Below, piece after piece: positions 53,760 through 64,000 of a stretch of 64,000 nucleotides of DNA. Under the pieces are notes generated by a model that worked only from the letters and a program-made list of their open reading frames with translations, made no database searches and was not told the DNA's origin. The position numbers and the translations under genes are program-made. The stretch covers positions 107,360,996-107,424,995 of the forward strand of contig JARFYF010000063.1 in assembly GCA_030265395.1 (NCBI GenBank), given 5' to 3'. Origin of the DNA: Rhina ancylostomus. Its lineage: Eukaryota. The first letter of the stretch is position 1. Each line of letters starts with the position of its first letter.

Positions 53760-54817
53760 GGAATTTAATTTCAGAAATCATCCCTGGAAAGGGATTATAT
53801 AGTTGAGAGCTGAAGACAGAATTTATTTGGTTAGAAGCAAAGAACAATAGAGGAAATATTACACTGCTGTATGTATACTATTGTGTGTGCCAGCAAATGT
53901 GCAGGCAAATTACAGAAAGATACAAACACTAAAGATTAATGATAACAAGGACTTCAATGATCCTAATAGAGACTAGAATTCTAACCATGTGAAGGTCAAG
54001 AGGAGAAGGAATTCCTGAAAAGTGTACAAGCGACCTTCCTTGAGTATATGTTTCAACCAAAAAGAAAAGCCACAGATCCAGACCTATTTCTGCAAAATGA
54101 TGGGTGGATCATGTCTCATTGGGGAAGCACCTGGAGTAAAAAATGATCATGACATAATCAGGTTAGAACAGATATGAAAATGATGTGGATCAATCAAGTG
54201 GAGGACAGCTTATTTCACTGAATTGAGAAAGGTCTCTGGGATGGAATGAGGAAAATTGGTAAGCAATTTAGGAATGGAGAAATTGGAAGAGCTCACCAAG
54301 GAAATAATTTGAAAACAGAGTGGATTCAATCCGATGAAGGATGGAAGAAACAGTGAAAGATAAAAGTCCCATGGATAACAGGGAGACAGAAAAAAGAGGC
54401 TTCTGCCAAATATAAGGTTTATATAAATGGTGAGGAAAAAACTGAGCTGTGTATAGGAAGTACAGACAAGGTCTAAAAAGACAAATAAGAATGATGAAAA
54501 GAGGAAGCCTGAGAATAAATTAGTAGCTACCATGTAAGGGAACACAAAGTCCTGGTGAAAAAATACAAATAGTAAAAGCTTAATTCGAGGAGGGAAGGGT
54601 GATTTGGGATATAACACCAGGACAGAGCATAACTTCAGTTTTCAGATGACAGGGAACTTGGAAATGTCATAAACTATGAGAAATAAGATTTCATGGGGAC
54701 ATTGACAGGCTGGCAAGAAAGGGAGAGAAGGTTTGAATTGATACATTTATGTGAGAAGAATAAAGAGGCAAAGTGAATTCAATGGTATGATGTTAAAGTG
54801 GGTATAGGAGACCAGGG
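53760..54817 (+). mobile_element. Decayed CR1 (endonuclease to RT), left part
   Basis: ggacttcaatgatcctaatagagactag (GDFNxPxIDW-like), gaattcctgaaaagtgtacaag, gatcatgacataatcagg; resumes at about 57105. Confidence 0.7.
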
Positions 54818-55520
54818 GTATTGGTATTGGTTTATTATTGTCACTTGTACTGAGGTACGGTGAAAAGCTTGTCTTACAAACCGATCGTACAGGTCAGTTC
54901 ATTACACAGTGCGGTTACATTGAGTCAGTACAGAGTGCATTGAAGCTGTCCTTAAGTCCGGTGGTACGTGCCTTCAGGATCCTGTATCTTCTACCCAATG
55001 GAAGAGGAGAGAAGAGGGAATGTCCCAGGTGGGAAGGGTCTTTGATTACACTGGACACTTCACCAAGACAGCAAGAGGTAAAGACAGAGTCCAAGGAGGG
55101 GAGGCTGTTGTCCATGATGCGCTGGGCTTTGTCCACAACTCTCTGCAGTTTCTTGCGGTCCTGGGCAGAGCAGTTGCTGTTCCAAGCCGTGATACATCCA
55201 GATAGGATGCTTTCTGTGATGCATCGGTAAAAATTGGTAAGAGTCAAAAGGGACAAACCAAATTTCATTGGCCTCCTAAGGAAGTGGAGGCACTGGTGAG
55301 CGTTCTTGGCCGTGGTATACCATAAATACCATACCATAGAACAATACAGCACAATACAGGCCCTTCGGCCCACCATGTTTGCCGTCTACGTAATTTGACC
55401 AGGACAGGCTGTTGGTTGGTGTTCACTCCCAGGAACTTGAAGCTCTCAACCCCCTCCACCTCAGCACCATTGATGTAGACATGTGCATGTACAACCCCCC
55501 CCCACTTTCCTGAAGGCAGT
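54818..55520 (-). mobile_element. Rex1/Babar LINE 3' part
   Basis: INGAEVEGVESFKFLGVN...AKNAHQCLHFLRRPMKFGLSLLTLTNFYRCITESILSGCITAWNSNCSAQDRKKLQRVVDKAQ; (AATACC)n tail. Confidence 0.9.
55316..55383 (-). mobile_element. Very short CR1 3' tail inserted into the Rex copy
   Basis: accatagaacaatacagcacaatacaggcccttcggcccaccatg interrupts the Rex sequence ttggccgtgg|tctacg. Confidence 0.75.
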
Positions 55521-55589
55521 GGCCAATGATCCGTGTGGATCAAAGTTCTGCGTTCTCCACCTGGAGCCGCTTGTGACCCGCGCACCCAC

Positions 55590-55728
55590 CTGCTAGCCTG
55601 AAAGTCTCCAAGCCGGACCGCGCGTTCCCCGACCCCGGAGCCATTTGTGGCGGCAAATGGCATCGGATAGGCTGTCCGCACCCCCGGCGGGACAACGTGC
55701 CGGAACACCCCCTCGACTCGGCCGGAGT
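55590..55728 (-). CDS. Candidate isolated coding exon of unknown gene (139 nt)
   Basis: Acceptor cttcttctctccgcAG, donor ag|GTgggt, open high-GC3 frame (D)SGRVEGVFRHVVPPGVRTAYPMPFAATNGSGVGERAVRLGDFQAS; no partner exons found. Confidence 0.4.
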
Positions 55729-55929
55729 CTGCGGAGAGAAGAAGACGTCGACGTTGGTCTTCAGCAGGAGAGACGGCGGCGGTGGGGGGAGCGGGATAGG
55801 GCAGAGGGGGACGTTGGCCACGGGGTGAGGCCGGGATTGCCGTAGGGATAAGTCGTTGATGGAGCTTCCTGGCTGGGGTCGGTCAATAGAGGGAGAAAAC
55901 ACACGCAAATCGACCGAAAGGGGGCCGAT

Positions 55930-56090
55930 GACCTTCCTTGAACAAGGGAACGTTTGCCATCCTCCAGTCCTCCGGAACCACTCCTCTTGTGGCCGGGGAG
56001 GACGAGAAGGTCATTGTCAGTGCCCCAAGAAACTCTCGGCTCAGTATCCTGGGTTCCATCCCGTCTGGCCCTGGGGACTTATCTATCCCA
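55930..56090 (-). mobile_element. CR1 RT fragment inside the GC-rich block
   Basis: Reverse complement encodes IDKSPGPDGMEPRIL...VVPEDWRMANV.LFK. Confidence 0.75.
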
Positions 56091-56224
56091 GCTCTGAACG
56101 ATGGGAAGTGATAAAGGGACAGGTGGCAAATCTTTGGAGGCCACTACGCCCCGCCATTCATCTTGGTCGATTCCTGCCCTCGTTCCTCATAACCCTCAAT
56201 CCCTCCACCTCGAAATATCTCCGA

Positions 56225-56873
56225 CGGCGATGAGTCCGGGTCCAGGGAGGAGATCGAGACCCCGGTGACGTGGTGTCAGGACAACGGCCTTCCCCTCAGT
56301 GTCGGCAGAACAACAAAGCTGGTCACCGACTTCGGTGGACGGGCGACTGTCTACGACGACGGTGCTGAGGTCGAGAGGGTCGAGAGCTCCGAGTCCCCCG
56401 GGAGTGGACGTCACCGACAGCCGGTCCTGGTCCGACCACGGAGACCCCACGGCCAAGAGAGCTCACCAGCACCTCTGCTCCCTCAGGAGGCTGAAGGAAT
56501 TTGGCACGTCCCCTCTGACCCTCACCGACTTTTACCGATGCCCCACAGGGAGCATCCCATCCGGATGGATCCCGGCTCGGGACGGCAACTGCTCTACCCT
56601 GGGACCGTGAGAAACCGCAGGGAGTTGCGGGCACGGCCCAGCGCGTCACGGACACCGGCCTCCCCTCCGCGGACTCTGTTTGCACCTCTCGCTGCCTCGG
56701 TGAAGCAGCCGGCATCATCAGAGACCCTCACCCACCCCGGGACATTCTCTCTTCTCCCCTCTCCCGTCGGGGCAGGGGATACAGGAGCCTGAGGGTGCGG
56801 ACCCCCAGGCTCAGGGACGGCTTCTACCCCACGGTGATGAGACTATTGAACGGTTCCCTGATACGATGAGATG
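56225..56873 (+). mobile_element. Rex1/Babar LINE copy with GC-biased divergence
   Basis: DESGSREEIETPVTWCQDNGLPLSVGRTTKLVTDF...AKRAHQHLCSLRRLKEFGTSPLTLTDFYRC. Confidence 0.88.
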
Positions 56874-56973
56874 NNNNNNNNNNNNNNNNNNNNNNNNNNN
56901 NNNNNNNNNNNNNNNNNNNNNNNNNNNNNNNNNNNNNNNNNNNNNNNNNNNNNNNNNNNNNNNNNNNNNNNNN

Positions 56974-57100
56974 CTATGGTGCATCTGTAAAAGTTGGTGA
57001 GAGTCAAAGGGGACAGACCAAATTTCTTTAGCCTCCTGAGGAAGTAGAGGCACTGGTACGCTTTCTTGGCTGTGGCTTCTACATGATTTGACCAGGACAA
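56974..57100 (-). mobile_element. Rex1/Babar fragment after a 100-N gap
   Basis: LSWSNHVEATAKKAYQCLYFLRRLKKFGLSPLTLTNFYRCTI. Confidence 0.88.
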
Positions 57101-57104
57101 GCTA

Positions 57105-57500
57105 TGTCCATGTCTATGTAAACAGGTCTGCAAAGTCAGCAGAACAAGTTGAGGAGGGTGTTATAAAAGTGTGTAGGATCCTTTGCTTTATTCTTTGAAG
57201 AAGATAATACAAAAGCAGAGAAATTATGGTAAATGCTCATAAAGCTCTGTGGTTAGTTCTTGTCCAGAGTTTTGTCTTCCTTTCTGGGCATACACAGTCT
57301 TAGAGAGGGAGCAATACATAGTATACAACACCTTGACTGGTACCTGATATGAGGAACCAAGGCTTCATATAAAAAATAGATTTGAGGGAGAAAATTGTGA
57401 ATGGCTTTGATAGATTACATTAAAATAATTATGCTTAGTGGCAGAAGGAACAAGGAGAAGTGTTTTTATTATCACTTGTGATGTGGAATACACTGCAATG
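57105..57500 (+). mobile_element. Decayed CR1, right part (continuation of 53760-54817)
   Basis: tatgtaaacaggtctgcaaagtcagcagaacaagttgagg...aatacaaaagcagagaaattatggtaaa continues the DLGVxVxxSLKV region. Confidence 0.6.
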
Positions 57501-57529
57501 AGGGGCAAAGATAGGGTCACTGAGCTGAG

Positions 57530-57846
57530 TATTTTTCCCAGGGTTGGGTAATCAAGAACTTAGAAGGCATAGGCTTAAGGCGAGAGGGGAGAGATTTAAC
57601 AGCAACCTGAGGGATAACTTTTTCACCCAGCGGGTGGTCAGTATATGGAATGAGTTGCCAGAAGAAGTGGTTGAGGCGGATACATTAATAACTTGTAAAA
57701 GGTACTTGGGCGGGTACATGGATAGGAAAGGTTTAGAGGGATATGGGTCAAACACTGGCCAATGGGACTAGCTTAGATGGGAACCTTAGCTGACATGGAC
57801 CAGTTGGGCTGAAGGGCCTATTTCCATGCTGTATGACTCTGTGACT
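57530..57846 (+). mobile_element. Relatively young CR1 (HER1-like) 3' end
   Basis: RHRLKARGERFNSNLRDNFFTQRVVSIWNELPEEVVEADTLITCKRYLGGYMDRKGLEGYG plus tail. Confidence 0.92.
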
Positions 57847-60229
57847 TCATGCATGAAAAGTTGGTGGAAGTAGACTCCATAATAAAAAAGAGATGAATAA
57901 CTAATTGAAAGAGAAAAGAATGACATGACTGTGGAAAAACAAAGGGGCATTGTACCTACTTGGATATCTCTGCCAAAGAGCTGGTGCAGACACATTGTGA
58001 AAAGACCTCCTTCTGTGCACTTGGTCTCTATTGAATTTTAGGAAAAACTCCATTGAATAAAACATTTGAATTAGAGTCTACAGATATGGATGATAAAAAC
58101 AATAATTTAACTGAGAACCAAAATTGAGGGAAAGAAATTTAGTTGATATGAGATATTGTGCTGCTTCTAAAATATAACATACTAAGTGACGATTGTGAAT
58201 AATTTTCTGCTGAGAATGACTTTCTCTGGAGATATCTTCAGCACTGTTTTATATTCCTATCTTTTAGAGCTGCACTTCCCCAGCTTGGAGGAATAGTTAA
58301 CCTCTTCCCTGGCTTTTGGCTTTGTAAATGGAAACAGTGTGAAGTAATGAAACATCACCCTACCCAGCAGAAAGCCAGTGAATGGACAATTATAGAAACC
58401 AGCTATCTGACCTGCCCTCTTCCTGTGTGGATACCACTGCTTTAAACTTTAACATGCTTTACTGAGGAGTAAGCCTGGAGCAAATGAGGTTCTTCTTTAA
58501 ACATACTGTAAAGGATCTGGTGACATGTGGATGCCAGAGTTCAATTTTAACTTCATCCTGAATGGGGAAAGTTATTGTACCAAACATGGTAGCAGGATCA
58601 TGAACTGGAGGAGTCGATTTAAGAATAACCTAAACATTGCCTCTGGGAAACTTCAGGTTTCCAATGCACTTTTCCTTCCTCCGAAACCCTCCTAATGATC
58701 CCCCATAGCTTAACTGAGAACCAGTGGCCAGTGGCCTCATGTTTACCCCTAAGCTCTGCTCCGAATCCTTTGGGAAGGCAATGGATAAGATTGAGTGCAC
58801 AATATGAAGAATCATCAGTGGAGTAGAGCAGATACTTCATATACTTTATATTGCAGCACAAATCTGAAAACATTAACCAACAAAACATTATTGCTATGAA
58901 TAGGAAATTGCAATATTTAGTAAATGAAATGAAAATTCTCTCCAGGGATCTTCATTCAAGTCAATCTGTGATTTTATTTCCATTAAATATAAACCATGAA
59001 TGTTTAATGACTGACATAATTTGATTGATTCTCTATTTTTGGAAATGTTATGGCTTGTTTAATGTTGATCCCAATTTGTTTTTACAGGCTGATTGTGGTT
59101 TTGGTTAATTCCAGACTGAGTCAGTTGTCACATTAAGTTGTGGCAAATTGTTGCCTCATTTCATCTTAGCTTTATTATCCCTGAGCTTTATTTGAACATC
59201 TGTCCCTCTCCTTCAGTGGTGACTGACTTCCCAAAACTCCAGCCTGCTTTCTTAATGTGTGATCCATAATGATGGTGTTACCGTTCTTTGCTGTACCTGT
59301 TACAGGTGCAGCTGTCATGAGGATGTCAAATAACAACCACCTACTGACATCTATTTTCCCCTTCATCAAGGTGTTCATCAGCTCCTGGTGGGAGTTAAGA
59401 AAGTTTATAAAAAAGATGTGACATAGTGTTGTTACTTTCTTAAATGTTTATATTCAGGATGGATAAATAAAACTAGGAGAAAAAAATAAGAACAGGAAAA
59501 CAGAGAAGAAACTCTTAGACATAAAGGCCAGTATGAAAACAGTTTCTCTGGCAAGTTAACATCAGGACAAAGGGCTTTTGGAGCATCATATAGAAAGGGA
59601 AGGAGCCCTGTACAAGGGAGGTCTAATGATTCTTCCTGTGGTCTGGAATGTCACTCCAACTTTCCATGTGCCCTCAAGAACAATTATAGCTTGCTTTTAA
59701 ATTATCTCCTCTGGTTCATGATCTTCTTCTGTCATATTTATAAAGGAATCAAAGAGTTCTTCATGGCACCCGACCTCAAGAAACTCTAAGACAACCCCAT
59801 GTGCCAATTCCAGGAACATTGGCTGAGGTGATAACAATTAATTCCCAACTTTGAGGGGCAAAATGTTATCTTCACTACCTTGAACAGTAATCTGGCAGAA
59901 TAGTTACCTTACTTTTTATTGTACTTCTGTTTGCAGAATGGAAATTGGGTTTGCTGTCTACAGTTGTGCCATACTATCTACTCAGTTGCCACCCAGGTAC
60001 CAAAGAACTGCTGTAGGCAAAAGGCAAAACTGATATTCACGGAGAGCTGGGTTAGACTTCAATACACAGCATAAATGATATTTTACTGTTCTTATTCCAC
60101 AATGTTTTGTGAATTAATAATGATACACATAAATCTGTGCACAGCAAATTTTAGAAAAATGTTAGCAGTTCCCTGTGGCCCTCTATTGGAATATAGTGTG
60201 TCCAATATGGATTTACCAATATCCTGTCA

Positions 60230-60535
60230 GTGATGGAGAACTGTAGCTTTAAGACACAACTTGAGATAACGGGAGATATTTGCTTAGCAGCAGAGAAGGT
60301 TAAGAGAAGATTTAATAAGAAACTTATAAGGGGATTTTTATGGAGTCAGGAGGGAAATATCTATTTTGAGATTCAGTGATAATTGAAGGCTGAAGTAGAT
60401 GAAATACTTTAAATATAGGAATAATATTAAGACTATAGGGAAACTTCAGGCCAGGGGGACTAGTTTTGGGTAACTGAGGACAAGAACAGAGACAGGCTGA
60501 AATTCCTACTTATGTGCTGTAATCATCCATTTGGT
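60230..60535 (+). mobile_element. Decayed CR1 3' fragment
   Basis: cttagcagcagagaaggttaagagaagatttaata (LEQRRLRGDL-like); tail ggctgaaattcctacttatgtgctgtaa. Confidence 0.6.
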
Positions 60536-60999
60536 TCTAACACAAAACATTAAGTAGCAGCCCTATCTCTTGTGTCCCTGATATGAACATGAAAATCTGG
60601 CTCTGGCAGCAACTCTGCTCGCAATCTTGCAGATAATCATCAGTAAATAATGAAGTCTTTTTGCACAGAAGATAAGAACTCTGGGCCATTGTGTGGGTTT
60701 GCGTAACAAATGTGACTTAATGTAATTTTAGGTATTTCTTTGAGAGTTTAATTGTGAGACCAACTGCTCTTCATTTATGTATTGAAACATTGTTGGCATT
60801 GAGTGACTCAGAACTGATTTCGTGCCTGGAATAGGTGCATGAAAAAGAAATGCTTTTGCTTATTTTGTATTTTATTTCATTTAGTGCTCTGCTTTACTTA
60901 ACTTACTGGTATCTCCATTATCTGAAAGTGTGAAACCGATACATCGTGTCAGAAACATTGGGTGATAAATCTACAAATTTAGTCACCACATCCGAGTCC

Positions 61000-61220
61000 A
61001 AACATTGTAAGGGTAATTCTGTTGTGGTATGGTGAACTGACCTCTATCTTACAGAGGCCAAACATCAGCTCTCAGACACCTTCTCATATTTCTCTCTGGA
61101 CCATGACCTCACCACCAAATATTAGGCCATTGTCTCGCAAATGGTAACAGACCTCATCTCTTTGGGACATCTTCCCTCCACCCCTTCCAGCCTGTAGTGT
61201 CCCAGCCCCTCACCATACGC
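61000..61220 (+). mobile_element. Penelope-like RT N-terminal fragment
   Basis: KGNSVVVW*TDLYLTEAKHQLSDTFSYFSLDHDLTT, matching the PLE DKGGAVVVWRTDLYLxEAxRQLSD motif. Confidence 0.8.
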
Positions 61221-61514
61221 CAGATCACACAAAGGCATGAACAGACAAACAAATGTAGGCTCAGATATTGAATAGTTGGTCCATTGGCCTCAGGATGTGG
61301 AGGACTTTGTGCCAAAGTAAAGTACACTAAGACTGGACAATTATCTCAGATCTTTTTCTCTTTTTTTACTAAAGAAGTGATTTCACTGACTGCTCTGTGT
61401 ATCTTGGAGAAGTCCCAGGAAGTCTGCTTCTTTGTAAAGAATCTGTGTGCTTGTCTTTGTGCAATAGCCACATTGTAGAGAAATATATCCCTTTAAGAAA
61501 TTGTATCATGTATC

Positions 61515-61705
61515 ATAGGAGGTGGTGAAACCAGATACAATAGCAATGTTTGAGAGCCATTTAGACAGGCACAAGAACAGTCAGGGAATGGAGGGATATG
61601 GACCATATGCAGGGAGATGGGATTAGCTTGGATTGGCATCATGGTTGGTACAGTCAGCTTGGGATGAAGGGCCTGTTCCTGTGCTGTACTGTTCTATGTT
61701 CCATG
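61515..61705 (+). mobile_element. CR1 LINE 3' end
   Basis: ggaggtggtgaaaccagatacaatagcaatgtttgagagccatttagacagg...gaagggcctgttcctgtgctgtactgttctatgttc. Confidence 0.85.
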
Positions 61706-64000
61706 TGATCAACTGCTCTCTTTGTAGACATTGTTACATTGTTCATATTGAACGGATTAGACCAGTTTTCGGCCTGGTTGTAGGCAACAGAAAAGAAATG
61801 TTTTCTCTCTCAAAGTTCTTCTGTTTTAATTAAGCACTTTGTTTGTTTAACTTACCAGCTATCTTGCAGATTCCAGCTAATGATTGTGATGCAGCTTTTA
61901 TCTGCATTTCCCCACACATCAAGCTCTTGGTCTTAGTCAGACTGTCAAGATAATGCGGTGAATATGAGGTTAATATCTCCCCATGTTGAGATCAAATCGC
62001 TGCTCAAATGTTGCTTTTAGAGACTTGGGTCAAGAATAACTTCATCAAAGGAAGGATCAGACAACATGTTTGTGCCTTGTAGCAAATTAAGAGAAGATAA
62101 ATGAAATAATTTTAAAATAAGGTTAAAAAAGCATAAAATGAGCAATTAGGAAATAAATGTAATTGTGGGCCTTTTTATATAAGGCTCTGTAACTGTGCCA
62201 GCTAGTTGGATTGAGGTTTAGGCTGACAACACAAAACGTTATTTGCTTTTGATGTAAAACAATTTTCCTTGGCACAGCTCAGTGCTGTTACTATTTTCTG
62301 TGGACAAATACAAGTGTTTTGTCGTGATGGTTAAACGAGATGATATCACAAACTGAAATTGAAGCAATGGCTCGTGACTGTTCACTTATATTCCCAGCCA
62401 GAGCATTCATCAGCTGCCATAACTGGCTGCTGATGAGGTAGGAACAAATAAGATATTTTTTAAGAAATCAAGGGATTAAAATAACTAATGCTTGTTTTTG
62501 ACCTGCGTGGATAGCTGTGCATCTCCCAAAGAAACCAAATGGAATATGAAATTGGAGAGAAGAGTATCAGAGTTGCAGCACAGCAGAATTATGCCTCATG
62601 CCTGGGTCAGAAGCACTGACCCGCACAGACCTGCCAGAGTCAGTCTCATGTGTAAGTGTGACCACGGCCCAGTGCGCGGGCTCGCTGGGACAGGAGAAGG
62701 CACCTGCAATGACAGGCTGAATATTCAAATGCTTTTGAACCTTTTGGTGAAGGTGAAGAGGGCTTGTTGAAGACATCTCAGTGAGCAGATGGAACCCTGA
62801 AACCATCTGCTTGCAAAGCAACTAAATGTTCAATGATGCATTGCAAAATTATTTAGCTCTCAAAGAGCCTGAAAGTATTTTGTAATTATAGCATCAGCGA
62901 TGAGAACAGACAACAGATATTTAAACATCTTTTAGAAATGATCTATCACCTCAGTTGATGCACTTTTTCAATCCCCCTTTGTCTTAAAGAGGTAATGCCC
63001 ACCTAATGGGTTTTTAATAATTTTCATCAATTTGCTGCTGCACTTAGATGAATTCAGATGCAATCTGACTGCCTGTGGGTTCCACAATGAAGGGAACTAT
63101 TAATTTGTGTGAATAAACAAAAAAGTATGCATGCCTGTACAGCAGGAAGAAAATGCTCCATTATTTTCCATTTTTTTAAATGTAGAAGTATAGATATCCA
63201 GGATTAAAACCTATTCTTTATGAATGGTACATGAAGCATTACAAACCAAGGATTCTATAATTGCTGGCAATTCACATCCTGATTATAGTAAAATACATAT
63301 TTAATAATTTTCAGAACATGTCACAGATTCCTGTTCAAAATATAATTGGAGGGCCAAAGAGTTGAAAGCTGTGCCTAAAGTTGAGGATGTATATTAAGAT
63401 TAATTCTTTAGTTTTCTTCCCCGTCACTTATGTAATATTTAATGTACACCAGAATTCAGTAAAAAGATAGTATGTGATTTTCTCATTAAAAGGAAAACCT
63501 ACTGAAACAAACCTCCAGAGCAAAATATGAACACCTAAGGAAACTTCTTTTTTTTCAGATCTTATAGTTTTGTTACATCTTGGCTTTAGGTTAGACACCT
63601 AATCACTAATATAATAGCAAACATGAAGAAACTACTGCCTTAAAAGCTTTTCTGTACATGTGAGATATTGTCTATTCTGCACCTTTAAAGGTTAGTGTGA
63701 AGACAAATCCCAAGAACAAAATCTTGCATGCGTGACTTTTTAAATGTGTTCCTTTATTTTAACCAACCATTTGTTTGGGATAGGTGCAGAAATCGCCTTT
63801 GTCCTTGTGCTCAGTATCTCGATATTAAACATGAAGAATTGAACCAATCTCACACTGCTGTAGGATGCAGGGCAAGAAACAGGGTTAGATTCAAGGGCAC
63901 ATTTGTATAAAATTAATGATGGAATATAAATGGACAAATTCATATTTTAAGAATACAAAACAGTTATGTTGACCGAGTGAGGAATCTCATTAAGAATCTA

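Noticed and set aside
59937-59996. 60-nt AG...GT exon-like segment open in all three frames
   Set aside because: Short, unrecognised peptides and a weak donor; expected by chance in 64 kb

Overview
Eukaryotic, AT-rich, essentially non-coding (intronic or intergenic) DNA from a short-read-type assembly with many N gaps. The repeat families point to a cartilaginous fish, probably a ray or sawfish; this is inferred from repeat motifs, not from a database search. I recognise no complete host gene, tRNA, rRNA or CRISPR array, and almost all listed ORFs are spurious or transposon-derived. The window is dominated by decayed CR1, L2, Rex/Babar and RTE LINEs, tRNA-headed V-SINEs (HE1-like), Penelope-like elements, LTR remnants and a fossil two-gene PIF/Harbinger transposon. 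Best second-look items: (1) minimal hammerhead ribozymes in Penelope 3' ends, one with an intact core at 25001-25038 (-); (2) a CpG/GC-rich block at about 55520-56873 containing a candidate spliced exon and a Rex copy with strongly AT-to-GC biased divergence, which may be an assembly misjoin; (3) a near-perfect pre-miRNA-like hairpin at 73-144; (4) V-SINEs with two different LINE-derived tails. None of these amounts to a demonstrably new biological system. Repeat boundaries were set by eye and are approximate.
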